Source of the DNA: Penicillus capitatus
Lineage: Eukaryota; Plantae; Chlorophyta
Assembly: GCA_965649825.1 (NCBI GenBank)
Contig: OZ287694.1
Span: forward strand, 183,097-247,096
Direction of reading: 5' to 3'
Length of the DNA: 64,000 nucleotides
The position numbers and the translations under genes are program-made. Below the pieces are notes generated by a model. It was not told the DNA's origin, searched no databases, and worked only from the letters and a program-made list of their open reading frames with translations. Each line of letters begins with the position of its first letter. Position 1 is the stretch's first letter. Below, piece by piece: positions 27,601-40,409 of this stretch.

Positions 27601-30177
27601 TAGCTTCGGGACTCAATATGTCTGCATCGTCTTGTTCCGAGTTGGATATGGTCGACGTCGAGATCTCCGACAACGTCTGCTTTGGCGAACAGCAATAGCT
27701 GGAACTTCTGATGCTTGATGACTCCGTCTTACAGGAAGAAGCTTTGATGAGGTTGTGGAACTATGGATAGTGATATCAATCCATTATTAGAGAACTCGCA
27801 ACGTTAATGCTGAGAAATGGAGTTGACGAAATCAACGCAAGCTACCGAACGTTTGCCGGGGCCGACTAAAACACAGACATCAGAGATGAGGTTTGTGTGG
27901 GCATGAAGTGTTGAACAATCAACTCATGGTGTTTGTGCGTTTTGCTGCTGAGTAGGTTAGAATGCACGCAGCGTTTCTGCTCGCTTGTGCTGCTTCCTGA
28001 AAAATCTCACGTCACAAAGCAATCGGTCAAGGAATCGTACCACTGTACCATGTTTACGAACGTTCTGCAGTCGACATCGAATCTCACCTTCAGGTTCCAC
28101 CTCATGAAGGCACTTTAATACATGTCGAAAGACAGTGATGGAGGAAACCAGATCATTCGTTCCGGTCAGCACCAACTGTTTTGATAACTGTTTCTAGGGA
28201 AATGCTCAATGCGCCTGTCTGTCATAGGAGGCATTCGTACATTCGTCGCACATTTGTCGAAGAGAAATAACAGCATTCATTACTATACACGAATCTATCT
28301 GGACTGGTTCGCTTAGGTAACAGTAGCTGAGACAGCGATGAAGGCACTCTACAGGTTAGCCTTCGACAGATGAGGCTTGGCGAATCGACGACAAGCTCGA
28401 CGATACAGGTGCTTCTCCAAATGGCCAAAATCACACATTGCCCAAAACCTACTATTCCGCGTGCAATACTCAACGAACCTTGACATTTTCTGGACCATCG
28501 GGGATTTCAGACTCGAAATAACTCATTGACTGATGTTATTAGGTATCCCGCTGCCTTTATTGCACATGTTGTCGTCCAGCACATCGTAACTGTGTAGATA
28601 TATCTTGAAACCAATGTCATCATCATGTCCGAGAGACGTGTTTTGACTGCACCAATAACGGTACAATTAATTGCCACGGCATTGCTGATTTTGACTGCAG
28701 GGCTTCGGACGTTCGAATTGCTTGCTTAGTTGTGACACTCGAACAAGGGAAGCGGAGATTCAAGGAAGAAAAAACTTCGTCCATGCAAACGAATCTACGC
28801 GATACTCCAGAAGACGGTGTTCTGGATGTTGGAATAGAAAGTTCGAGGACGATGGAAATCGACAGACCAGATCTGCATTCACGCCAAGCAAGTCCTCTTT
28901 TCTGGTGCCCCTCCCTATTCTTTGGAATGCAGACGCAAAATATGTATCTAGCTTATTAATGGAGTTGGAGACTGGTATTAAAGGTTACGCCGACTTCCCC
29001 TTGAAACGGGAAACTGTGCAGTGCCTATTCGCAGCCGCATAGAGCCATGCTTGGCAATAACTTTACATCCGTGACGGAAAGCTTAGAATAGGAAAGAAAT
29101 CTAAGAAGTCTTCGGTATTCTCTGTGTTTCGCGACTGGCGCATTTCATGAGCAGAGAGGGATATAAGAAGTCACCGATATAGTTGTCTTTTGCGTGTCAG
29201 GATCTCTCTTTTTGTGAACACAGGAAGATGCATGCAGCCTTGGTTTCTTCGGAAGTGGGTGACTCTGCAGCAGATTAATAAACAGAAAAGAAGCTCAAGT
29301 ATCTTTCTCAGGCAACAAGGAAAATGTCCGTCGTCGAAGTTCGTTCGACAGAATGAAGGTCTACCGTGGATTGGAAACCATCTGGATAGGCATGACAAGA
29401 TCACATCAGACTTGATTCTATCCTTGCACGTCGGTTTCGTTCGGAACCGGCGGCATCGTTCTACAGCAAATCAGGCAGGCTTTGCAAGGCAAAACGCTGC
29501 GAGTGAGTGTCTAAGGAAGAAGCTCGTAAGGAAGGATTCTCTTGCTGACTGGCTGCGTCTGCGATTCGTGGTCAGATCACTGAAGGCTTGTCGATGACCA
29601 ACGTTCATGACATTAATTTGACATTCTCGTAGTTTCTACTCTAACTTCCGAGTTTCTTTCTATCCTCGATTGTTTTGACTGAAAGACAGACCATCAATAT
29701 TATCTTTCAAGCTAAGCCGAATGATTAAGGTAGGTCTCACAGAGTGCGATCGCATGCTGTTACTTGACTTTACCACCTTTAGCTTAAGCTCAATGGACTA
29801 ATATCGTTCACGTAGCTAATATCTGTTTCTCTCTGCCATGTCGACGGAGATTCAGTTCCGCGAGAGTCTTTAATAGTCATGGACGAGAGCGTTAAGATAA
29901 GGACGGTATCGAGATCCGCTGGCATCCAGAAGAGTGTGACTGAAATTGGCGTCTTTGCCCATTAGGCAGGATACGTCAAACCATTCTCCATCATTTGCAT
30001 TAATACCGACGGGAACATTTGACTCATCCTCTTCGCTACGAACTTTCTGCGAATTTCGACAATCTCTGAAGCAACAAGTCTGTCCTCCACGTACCTACCT
30101 ATCTCTGAAGCAACAAGTCTGTTCTTCGCGTACCTTTGTACTAGGCAACACGGATTCTGTCGCATAGGTTTTTGAGT

Positions 30178-33100
30178 ATGCAGTCCCGGTTTTCGAACGA
30201 AGAACCCTCCGGCGGAAGACCGTCCGAGTCGGGAAGTGGTGGCAGACTCAACCTGCCAAACAACAACATCTTAAAAAGAACTGGGCCAACGCTCCTTCGC
30301 GCTGTCGCGAAGAAACGCAACATCGTGAGCACCAAGTCGCTCGTCGCGGCATACAACGCCACGTCGGATGTAAATGAGCGGGCAGTTCTGGGTGATTGGT
30401 TGCGCAAATATAGCGAAAGAAGTAACGACTGCCTCAAACCGGACGCCGTCCTCGAGTATGCACAATTGGCCAAAGTCGACCATGCCTCCGAACAAGATGC
30501 CGAGTGTCTGAAAAAATTGGTCCGTGGCCTCGGTTCCCAAATCCTTCCTGGCGAGTTTCTTGACGAGGAATATGCAAAAGCTCTGCTCAGCGCACTTACG
30601 TGGGTGGATACAGGCGTCTATAACGACATTGCGCAGTTGAATGATCTGGGATTAGACCTCTTACGCAGCCTGTCTCATAGACCGAGACTCACAAAACAAA
30701 ACTTTCTCAAATACGAAGCAACCTTTCTTTGCATCCATCAGGTCTTTTTCCTCTTGCAAAGCATCGGTCGTGGTTACTTGGTTGAGGAAGAGAAAAAAGA
30801 CTTTCGCCAAACGATCGCACGGAAAAGAGAAGAGATGAAGCGATCCATTGCATATTATCCTGTCTCCTTTCACCTCGATCTCATTCAGCAAGCCGTAGAG
30901 CGCTTGGAAATCGAAGACGCTCCGTCTCGACTCACAAAAGCGAAAAGATATACCACATCTGGACTTTATGGTGCGATACATGTTCTCCACTTTCTCAGAA
31001 AATTGGCCGGTGGAGATATCGATCCTACATCAATTGAGGATGCATACAGAAGAGGAAGAGCAGCAATTGCCGATGCAGGCGTGTTCGAGCGGCAGTGGTA
31101 TGACATGCTTCAGCTTTTAACAGCGGCAAGGCTTGGAACGCTTAAAGAAGAGAAAAAGTATGAAATTTTTTCAACAGCGTACGACGCGGTGATGGAAGGA
31201 CAACGCAAAACGACGAGGGAAAATGAACAAAAAGCCTTGAGATTTGGCATCGTCCAAGAAATCAGGCTACTGGCAAGTGATAGAGACTCTTGTCAAAGCA
31301 GCCGCAAAGAGGCGACGACGAAGCTAGTTGCCTTGACTACGAATGAAGCAATTCTGGAAAACTGGATTCACGATGCTGACATTTTCACCGAGATTTTAGA
31401 TACGTTGCACATGATCCACTCGATAGGCGAACAACGACAAGAGATAGCCGAAGCCTTCCGAACGATACAACAATCATGCGACGAAAGTGCCAAAGGGATT
31501 TTAACAAACTGGCTAGATGGAAATGCTATGGAAGAGAAACTTCAGATGCAATGCCATAAAGATACGAAAAACGAGGGTGTTGATCTGTTTGTCAAGACAA
31601 GCGCGACAGTTGGATATCTGCATCCGTCCACAATTCGTTCCAACATCGAAGAACTCAAGAAAACATACCTACACGATAACTTTGCTACGGTAAGTGCATG
31701 TGATATTGTTCTGATCAAACAGAAATAGTGGTTGTGTTTTAGGTACCTTCCTTGTATAAACAAGAAGCCCTAATGCATGTGAAAGATATGGAACATTACG
31801 TTGTCGTATACGAAGAAATCATCGAGAAAAGAGGATTTAAAAGAAGAGATGAACCGCGTCAAGAAACAGACGTCGATGAAAAGAAAGGGGAAAGTTCCAC
31901 AATTCAAGAAAGGGATGATCCAAAGGAATACTGCGAGCAAAAGAAGAAGGTTACAACGCCTATTTCAATCGAGGAGCTGTTTAAACCGAGACCGTTGAAA
32001 GCGGGTGTCCATAAGAGCGAAATCCGAAGAGTGTTGCTTTATGGTAATCCTGGTTCAGGAAAGACTTGCATCGGCAAAGGCATTGCGCACAAATGGGCAC
32101 TGGGAGAGATTCTACAAGAGTTCAAAGCCATCTACGTGGTCCCGATAAGACGTCTTAATATCGCAGAAGACAAAGGGTTACGGGGAAAGGGGCTTGAAGA
32201 GGTGGTCGCAAAGATGTGTTTCAAGCAAAGAAGCGATGCCGAATTTGAAGAGTTGAAGAATCAAGTCAACGATGATCTCGATACGTCCAGCACATTAGTG
32301 GTACTTGATGGATTGGACGAAGCCGATAACGATGAAGATGCCAGAAATATTCTTTCCGGAACAGAGAAGAATGAATGCAAGATTCTCATACTCACACGAC
32401 CATACAATCTTCGAGGGATACAGACAAAAGTCGACTGCCAGTTTGAGTGCCTTGGGTTTAATGATCAACAACTGAAAAACTACATAATCAAAGAACTACA
32501 ACGGGATGAATCTTCGAGACTCATCCGTTATTTGCAACAAGATCGAGGGATGTGGGAAAGCGCGCACATTCCAGTAACAGCGCACATTCTCTGTTCTTTG
32601 TCGAAAGAACGTGGTAACCCTATTGAAGATAGAGGGAGAAGGGCGAGCATGTATCAGATCTACAGCAACATGACGAATTTTGTATGGAAAAGGTTCAAGG
32701 AAAGACCCGGAACGGCAGAAGTGGACAAGGACATTGTCTTTAGCGATCTGGAGGTGATCGCGTTCGAGGCACTTCGGAGTGGACAAATACTAATCGAACA
32801 AAGTATCGTTGAAGGTCATACGAGGTCCACAAATACGACGGCGATCTTCAAGGAATCTGGATTCCTTCTACTTGTTTTGGAAGGAGAACACTATCAATTT
32901 CCACATCTCACTTTTGAAGAATATTTTGCTGGAAGATTCATTGCTAGTAGCTTAAACAAAAAAGGTTCGATTGAAGAAAGTCGAGCACTCGAGTTCATTC
33001 AAAAAGGAAAATATAATGAAAAGCATAACTTGACAATATCCTTCGCCATGCACGCATTTGCAAAAGGCGGAAACAAGTCTGCATTGCAAGAAATGCTTTT

Positions 33101-35300
33101 TGTTGTCGACGAACAACCCGTTGAAGTTCTTGGGATACAACACTTTTTGTTGAGAATGCGAGTTCTTGAGGCAACCCTAGAAGAAACAAAGGAAGCCGAC
33201 TTAGATGATCTTCTGAACGACGAACAAGCAATCAAGCTCGCTGAAGGTGCTCGCCAGCTACTCGAGCGAACTATCGACGATGTTCTAATTCGCGAAATGT
33301 TGGTTAACGAGTTCAAACAATTGTCTAGCGTTTCGAGAGGATTTCCTCAAATTCTCGATAAGACTGTTGACAAAGTGAAGGAAATGCTTGGGTGCTCACA
33401 TGTCTTAACGTGGATGGACATAGCCAAAATTAAGGATGTCGTAAAACTCACAAGGCATTCTCCAAAGCAAAGAGACACGATAATTCGATTCATAATGCAA
33501 CTAGTGGAGAACCCCAATGGTTCAAGCACTCTAAAAAAGTACATGAGAAGGTTGAGTTCTATCGCTGGACAAATGCCACGGCATGCTGACGATATTGTTC
33601 CGATGCTAACGAACAAGTGCGGCGACGAAGACTCTGAGGTGCGCGAAGAGGCGATCAAGGCCATCGGCCGCTTGGTTGCCGCGGCGCCGGAGCATACCGG
33701 TGAGGTTCTTTCGACGCTTGCGAACGGATGCGGCGACGAAAACTCTAAAGTGCGCGAAGAGGCGATCAAGGCCATCGGCCGCTTGGTTGCCGCGGTGCCG
33801 GAGCATACCGGCGAGGCTCTTCCGACGCTTGTGGACGGGTGTGGCGACAAAGACTTTTTTGTGCGACAAGCAGCAATTGAGGCCATCGGCCGCGTTATCG
33901 CCGTGTCGTCGCAGCATAACAGCGAGTTTCTGTCGATGCTGGCCATAAAGATGTTGGCGATCGGCGACAGCTTCGAGGAAGACGACGACTGGGAGGTGCA
34001 TGATACGTTTGTTGAGATCATCGACCGCGTGGCCGCTGCGGCGACGAAGCACGCCAGCGAGGTTATATCGTTGCTGGTGGAGGCGTGCGAGGACGAAGAA
34101 AAGTATGTACATTGGTCGGCGGCGATTGAAGCCATCAGTCGCGTCGTTGCCACGACGCCGAAGCACGCCGGCGAGGTTCTTCCGACGCTCGTAAAAGGGT
34201 GCAGTGAGAAACGCTTCTTCGGCGTTCGCATAGAGGCGATTAAAGCCATCAGTTGCGTCGTTGCCGCGGCGCCGAAGCACGCTGGCGAGGTTCTTCCGAT
34301 GCTCGTGAAGGTGTGCGGCGATGATAAACTCCCGCTTGTGCGTGGGGAAACGATATCTGTCCTCGGCGGCATCGTACGGTTGGCACCGAATCACACCGGC
34401 GAGGTTCTTCCGAAGCTCGTGAAGGCGTGCGACGACGAACAACATTGCGTACGGTCGAAGGCGGTGTTGGCCATATGCGGTTTCGTTGTAGCGGAGCCAC
34501 AACGCGCCGACGAGCTTTTTCCGATAATAAAGAAGTGTTTTAGCGACCCAAATTCCGAAGTGCGTTTGTATGCAATGCTACGCATCCACGACGTGGTCGC
34601 AGCGGCGCCAGATCTCGCCGGCGAAGTTTTCCCGTTGCTGGTGAAGGCGTCCGACGATAAAGAAGAGTGTGTGCGTTGGCCGGCGATGCAAGCCCTCGGT
34701 TTTGTCGTCGCGGAGACGCCACAGCACGCCGGCGAGGTTATATCGTTGCTGGTGGAGGGGTGCGAGGACGAAGAACCCGTGCGTTATACCGCGATGGAAG
34801 CCATCGGCCGCGTCATCGCAGTGACGCCATAGCATGCCGGCGAGGTTATATCGTTGCTGGTGGAGGGGTGCCGCGACGAAAGCTCGAGGGTGCGACGAGA
34901 GGCAATTAGAAGCATCAGCCGCGTTATCGCGGTAACGCCAGAGCATGCCGGCGAGGTTTTACCGACGCTCGTAAAGAAGTGCTTCGACGATGAGTCTGAG
35001 GTACGCAATTTATCAAGAACGGTATTGACTGGCATAAAACCTGAAGATATCGTGCTTTCGGCAATCTCTATTCTTCCCGCTTTTAAAGTTGGCCTTCTGT
35101 TCCTTTTTGTGAAGCACTCGTTTACGTGGGACCCCCTTACGAAAGATAAAACGGTTCCTTTTATCTTGCATACAACTTTTCCTCAAGAAATTGGAAGGTG
35201 GAATAAGGAGTTTGTCGACGTATATGTTCGACTTATGAGACTAGAGCTTGATAAGAATTTTCCCGGATTGTTAGAACATCTCGACACACAAAATAATTGA
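30178..35300 (+). CDS. NLR-like protein: about 500-aa helical N-terminal domain, NACHT NTPase, HEAT repeats; in-frame TAG at 34830-34832
   Basis: A 53-bp intron (31690-31742, GTAAGT...TTTAG) joins ORFs 30172-31728 and 31752-34832 in frame. Walker A GNPGSGKT, Walker B LVVLDGLDEA, F.HLTFEEYFAG. About 11 HEAT repeats of about 37-39 aa. The frame continues past the TAG to TGA at 35298-35300. Confidence 0.9.
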
Positions 35301-35596
35301 TCGAAAGCAAAATTCGCTTCTTTGATCGTAGAGGTGAATTGGCGGATACGATTTGACTTTTTTGATCATTCTGTTCAAAATCCTCTTTTACCATGTAAAC
35401 ATCAGACCAACCGTTCTCTTCGTGCTAATCTGTTGAAGGTTAATAAGTATTGGTTGCTGTTGTCTCTTGTTGTACGAATTCAAGTCAAAGTGGATGGTTT
35501 GTTTGGCGCGTCGTATCATGGGCTTGATGTCCTCCAACAAGTCATTAATGTGTTTGCAACGAAGGTTATCGTGTCAAAGCACAGCACGCTTCTGAG

Positions 35597-35697
35597 GGGA
35601 CGTTGATGGGACGGAATGTAATGGGACGTTGATGGGACGGAATGTAATGGGACGTTGATGGGACGGAATGTAATGGGACGTTGATGGGACGGAATGT
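35597..35697. repeat. 26-bp minisatellite, about 3.9 units
   Basis: Unit GGGACGTTGATGGGACGGAATGTAAT repeated perfectly. Confidence 0.95.
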
Positions 35698-35857
35698 TGT
35701 TGGGACCGATAGGGTCGGCGATTGGTCCGAGCGCGTCGAGGCTGCGATGCGAGGAGAGTCGGACGGGTATTCTTTACAGGTGCTCAGTACGTCGTTATAT
35801 AGGTAAACGTCCTGTCGTTCGACAGTGACGTTTCCTGATCCAACAACCCCTCCCCCC
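35698..35857 (-). mobile_element. Putative polypurine tract plus start of a 3' LTR
   Basis: Minus strand reads GGGGGGAGGGGT immediately followed by TGTTGGATCAGG (35845 leftwards). The distal end is undefined. Confidence 0.35.
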
Positions 35858-36059
35858 ATCAATAAACAACAGACAGTCTCTCTTGAGACGCAGTCCGTAA
35901 AACAACAGAACAGTGGACAGGATACAATGGTGTTAGGTCTCGACTTTCTCCGCTTGAAATCATAACCTCGATCCAGATCAACTGCAGAAATCGGCGCGTC
36001 AATCTTCTAACAGTTCTTTTCGGCTTCTACGTCGGACACTAATTAGTCTTCGAAACGCC

Positions 36060-37135
36060 AGCTGGCCGGTGGTCTCGCGTCTGAGGGCATTCGACGCTCT
36101 GTCGTGTGTCTGAGCACCGGACATCAGCTATCCTTGCACCCGACGCCATTGGCATTTGTTGTCAACCTGTGTGTCATTCCCTTCGCCGTATTCGTTTTCT
36201 GGGTCGTGTTCTGGGCGATAATGTTGGCGAAGCATTGAAGTGACAGACCTCCTCGGTACCTGGCGAAGAGATGCATGCTGTCGTTGATGGCCTTATGGTA
36301 TATCACTCTGGTGCTCGTGCTCAAAACCGCCTTGAGCGTCTTCCTTTGCGTCGACGTGCACGACGAGGACGACCTTGCGAAGATTGACGTGACGCACAAG
36401 TACTGGGCCGTCGATACAGCTCTCAAGTGCTATGAGGGCGACCACTCGAAGCTGCTCTACGCCTTAGTCGTCTCGTTTGTGTGTCCTTTGTATGGTGGAC
36501 TGCTTTTCCTCTTCATCATCTTCCTTAAGATTCCAGTCCATCACCTGTCATACAAGCGTGGCTGGACATTCCAGACGATGGGATTCCTCTATCGCTCCTA
36601 CAGGCTAGACACTCGTCGGTTCTGGGAGGTCGCCATCGTTGCGAGAAAGGCTGGCATCGCATTCCTTGTGTTTTGTGCTCACCTTTTCGACAGCGCGTTG
36701 CCGATCATCGGCGTCGCGCATTTGATCACAGTTGCCATCGTGGCGCAGATTCTGATGATGCCTTACAGACAGCGTTTCCAGGACCTCAATGGATTCGAAC
36801 TGACATCCCTGTTCGTGTCACTGGTTACAACGCTGGCTGCTTCTGTGCTCAAGGATCAGAATTATCCCGAAGATCACACCCGCGAGTTGCTTACAGTGAC
36901 GTGTGTCTTGCTCAATCTCGTCACCTTTTTCGTTTTTGTGTTCCAGCTTCTCAAATTCACAGCCGATTACCTGAGACACAGTTTGTTAGAGCGCGGCGAA
37001 GGCACTGCGTCAGACGCTGGAATGTTCGGTGTCCTGAGACAATGGATCGGCTACGAGATCAAGCGTCTGAAAGCCAAGTTGAGATCAACATCCGAAGATC
37101 TCGAGACCGCCGATCAATCGGCCATCGAGGACTGA
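36060..37135 (+). pseudogene. Last (transmembrane) exon of a family member (G5), with a premature stop
   Basis: Closely parallels 60342-61406 (RPPRYLAKRCMLSLMALWY...YEIKRL..KLRST). In-frame TGA near 36238. The 3' flank (37150-37330) also resembles 61410-61660. Confidence 0.85.
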
Positions 37136-37379
37136 ATGGAATGACCTCCATTCGCTGTAGATTTTTTTCCAAATTGAGCTCGAAAACAGGCTCATATCCC
37201 CAAGCTGTGACATGACTTGTCTTTTTATTGCGACTAAAAGATGGACTTGCAGGTTTGCATTTCATGTACAGAGTTTGTTAGTGCTGCCTGTTCTCCGAAA
37301 CATGTTTTTAAGTTAACGTGACAAAAGCACGGCGCCCCACGCCAAGTACCGCGAGAATCGAAATGGGCTTCCGTATTGC

Positions 37380-37900
37380 ACGCTGTACACGAAATTTTGA
37401 CGACGTCGTGAGAGTAGATGTCCAAAACAACTACCACAGGGAAACGCTCCAGAGACAGCCGCCTCGACATTCTATGGCTAAGATCATCGTTTCTGTTCGG
37501 GATTGTGAGTTTGAAGAGTCGCGTCAGGCGATCGGCACGCTGTGTTGTTCCCCATGCAGCCAATCTCAGTTCAGCTTCGAATGGACATGCCTCTTAGGCA
37601 TGTCTAGAAGATGCAAACTGTTCGGCAGGAACAGCCACACAGCCGAAAGCAGGGAGGGTACCGGCACAGTGACTGATCTTTGCTAGTCACAGATCCAACA
37701 GTGTCCAGTTGAAAAGCGCATGTACGTTTGCCGACAGGAGTAGGAGCTTGTGGAGATCACATTCACGGTTGAATGGCAACCAAGAAACTGCGCGGAAAAA
37801 CCTGAACTGTGTTTGTGGAATGATTCGTCTCGCATCACCCCGTGCAGTTTGAGAACAATCTGCGGGAAATCTTTCGGGCTTCTGTTCGCTCAGACCGCGT
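37380..37900 (+). pseudogene. Degenerate Cys-rich fragment of the membrane-protein family
   Basis: IIVSVRDCEFEESRQAIGTLC.SPC matches G2 VISVRDCRFGESRQANGTLCSPC. Frameshifted. Confidence 0.7.
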
Positions 37901-40409
37901 TTTTCTCTAGCGGAGTCGTCTACTGTCCGGGAAAAACTGTTTTACATGATGTTCGGTACCCGTTACAAACTTTTGCAGTACGGCACTTCTTTGAGCGACT
38001 ATGGAGAAGGACGAACGACATCAACATACCAAGAGGGAGCCGTGCGGTACAGATCTTGAGAACGAGAATCGTCAGGAGATGCGCAATACACTGCAACAGG
38101 TCCAACAAGTCACATTTATAGAAACGCTCCTTGTCGCGAAGAAGCAAACATGTGGAGCACATCGAAACGAAAGACAGAGAGGTGTGCGGATTCTAGGCAA
38201 ACTCGAAGCCGACAAATACAAAAAAATTAAAAAACACGCGAAACGATAGAAAAACCAACGAAGGCGATGTCACGCGGAGGCGCCGCGCTCAAACGAGTTA
38301 ACAGCGGAAGACTTCTTTACAGTGATCGGAGCAAGGTCCTGAATGGTTCGAATCGCCGATTAAGTATGCGCATGATGACACGACGTTCCTAGGCAGATGA
38401 GTCAGCCCACAGGCAGAGCCAGAGAAGTAGGCCCTTTGTAGAGAACAGACCTCCTCTGATATGACAACAAGCGTCTCAGAACGAAATGCACTCCTTCTTC
38501 ACGAGGCAGTCAAATCACCATGGAAATCTTGGCGACAGGCGAAAAAGATGAAAACAAACGGAAAAGTCAAGGTCGAAAGAGCTGATCGCAAGTTGAAACA
38601 AAATTCGGAGAGCGTAGAACGAATAGACGGGTTTCACGTTGTCAGTCGGAAAATGAAAAGACGTGTCGGTGGATCGCCAAATACCAACAACCACAACCAT
38701 GCCCTGCTACATCCTATCCACTGGGCATGGGCATCCGGTGCATACCACATAATCCCCGGATGCTCGTGCTGCGGCCGAGCTTTGCGCCCAGGCTGAAAGC
38801 TCCCCAACTATGCGCCATCGCCGCAAGCTTATCCGCTCCGAGCAAGAACAGAGCACTCCAAGCCCGCCAAACACGGAGAGCCGCTTACCTTGCGTCGCTC
38901 ACGGATAGTCACGTTTGGGCTGCTTCCCCCTTGCTATCTCTTCTTTCCTTATATGACTCTTCAGTCTCTCCCGGCGAGCACTTCGAGCCGCCGTATCCCG
39001 CCGTCGTACGCCCTAAACGCGCGATCTTCCAAAGCCAACCTCACCTCCGGAGTGAAGCGAGGATCGTTGGCCCGCGTCGTCTTAGCCTTACCTGGGATCC
39101 GAGGCTCTCATCCGCTTGGATGTTGCTAGGGCCCTCGTCGTCAAATCCGGGCGGGACGTCGCTAGGGCCCTCGTCCGGCGCCCGTTTCGCAGAGCCCGAC
39201 GAGCCCGAAGAACGCTCCGTCCCATTACTTTTTATTAATTAAGTTGGAGGTACTGTCAGACTAAATGAGCACAATGAAGGCATCCCGACGGCATAAGGGA
39301 AGTCACATCAGAACCTACAACATGTCACAGCAAAACCCTAGCACTATAAAAGGGGGACAATTGCGTTGTTTACGTCATTCTGTTTTAAAGTCTTCCGCTA
39401 ATGCGTGTGTTTGTTCACCAACGACGCGACAGGTACTTACGTTCCCTTTTAAAGTGAAACATTAGAGGAGGGGCCGAACACCCGTCCCATTACTTGGCAA
39501 AGTTGTTTACGTGCATTCCACCGCGCCTCTGCGGTGAACGATCGTACATGAACGTAAAAGATCTTTAGGCCAGAGATCCCAAAGAAGACCGTTTCCATCA
39601 CTTATTACACTGTCGCTGAGAAGCGTTCCATGGGATAGATCCATTCAGACGACGTGGCTGTGGAGACGAGAACGAGAGTCGACGAACGTTGCGGACCAGA
39701 CGGACACGTCGCACGACACGTCAATGGGACAACAGGCAGACGTTCGTTGACCTTCTGTGTCGGGATCGTGTAACAACGTTATAAAAACTCAGAGTCGATA
39801 CGCTCGCGGCGACGTCGGCGGGAACACTCAGAATGCGAACACCTGGAATACGAGATTAATTACACAAACTGTTGCTGCTAAATACTCAAGATGGTTGGTT
39901 AGGGACTACATAACCTTACGTCTAACGGCTGCGAACTTCAAGCCTTGGTCCGTATCCATCACTTAATGGTTGTTTGACAGCCAGGTCGGTGTCGGACACC
40001 CGTCGCGACCGATGGTCGGCGCGCTAGGGTGATTCTGTGCCGAACCGACCGTCTCAGTGGTTACGGTAGGCGACGTGACTGGTGCATATCCTGCAGTTTT
40101 GAAGTTCGATTTTATAGACTTATACAGCGGACGCGACAAGACTTTACCGGGCGAGTCATCCGACTCTCGGAGCCAGAGAAAAAACGCATTCGACAAGTCG
40201 TGGACCGTTTATGAGCGCCCCTCGGAAGACATTATCGCCGTCCGACGGACTCGATTGATTGATCTTCGCCAATGAGTGGTGCCTCAGAAGGTCTTGGAGT
40301 CACCAAGTTTTCGGGGGCGAATGCTACGAAGTCGACGCTTCTGTCCTCGGAACTCGACTCGTACCGTAGAGTCGACGCGAACGAATGGAGAGGGTTGCAG
40401 TGGAACGCC

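Noticed and set aside
28380-28480. Protein kinase relic (EYC...CDFG on the minus strand)
   Set aside because: Motif spacing is far too short and no other kinase motifs are present.
34830-34832. Alternative genetic code (TAA/TAG = Gln, as in some ulvophyte algae and ciliates)
   Set aside because: More than 1500 codons of the same gene, and other long exons, contain no other in-frame TAA or TAG. TAA and TAG end G3 and the variable ORFs at sensible positions.
38268-38711. Solo LTR candidate TGTCAC...GCTACA (and TGTCA...TGACA at 39254-39979)
   Set aside because: No target-site duplication and no second copy.
38727-39242. 171-aa ORF as a real gene
   Set aside because: No motif, homolog or splice support in the window; left unassigned.
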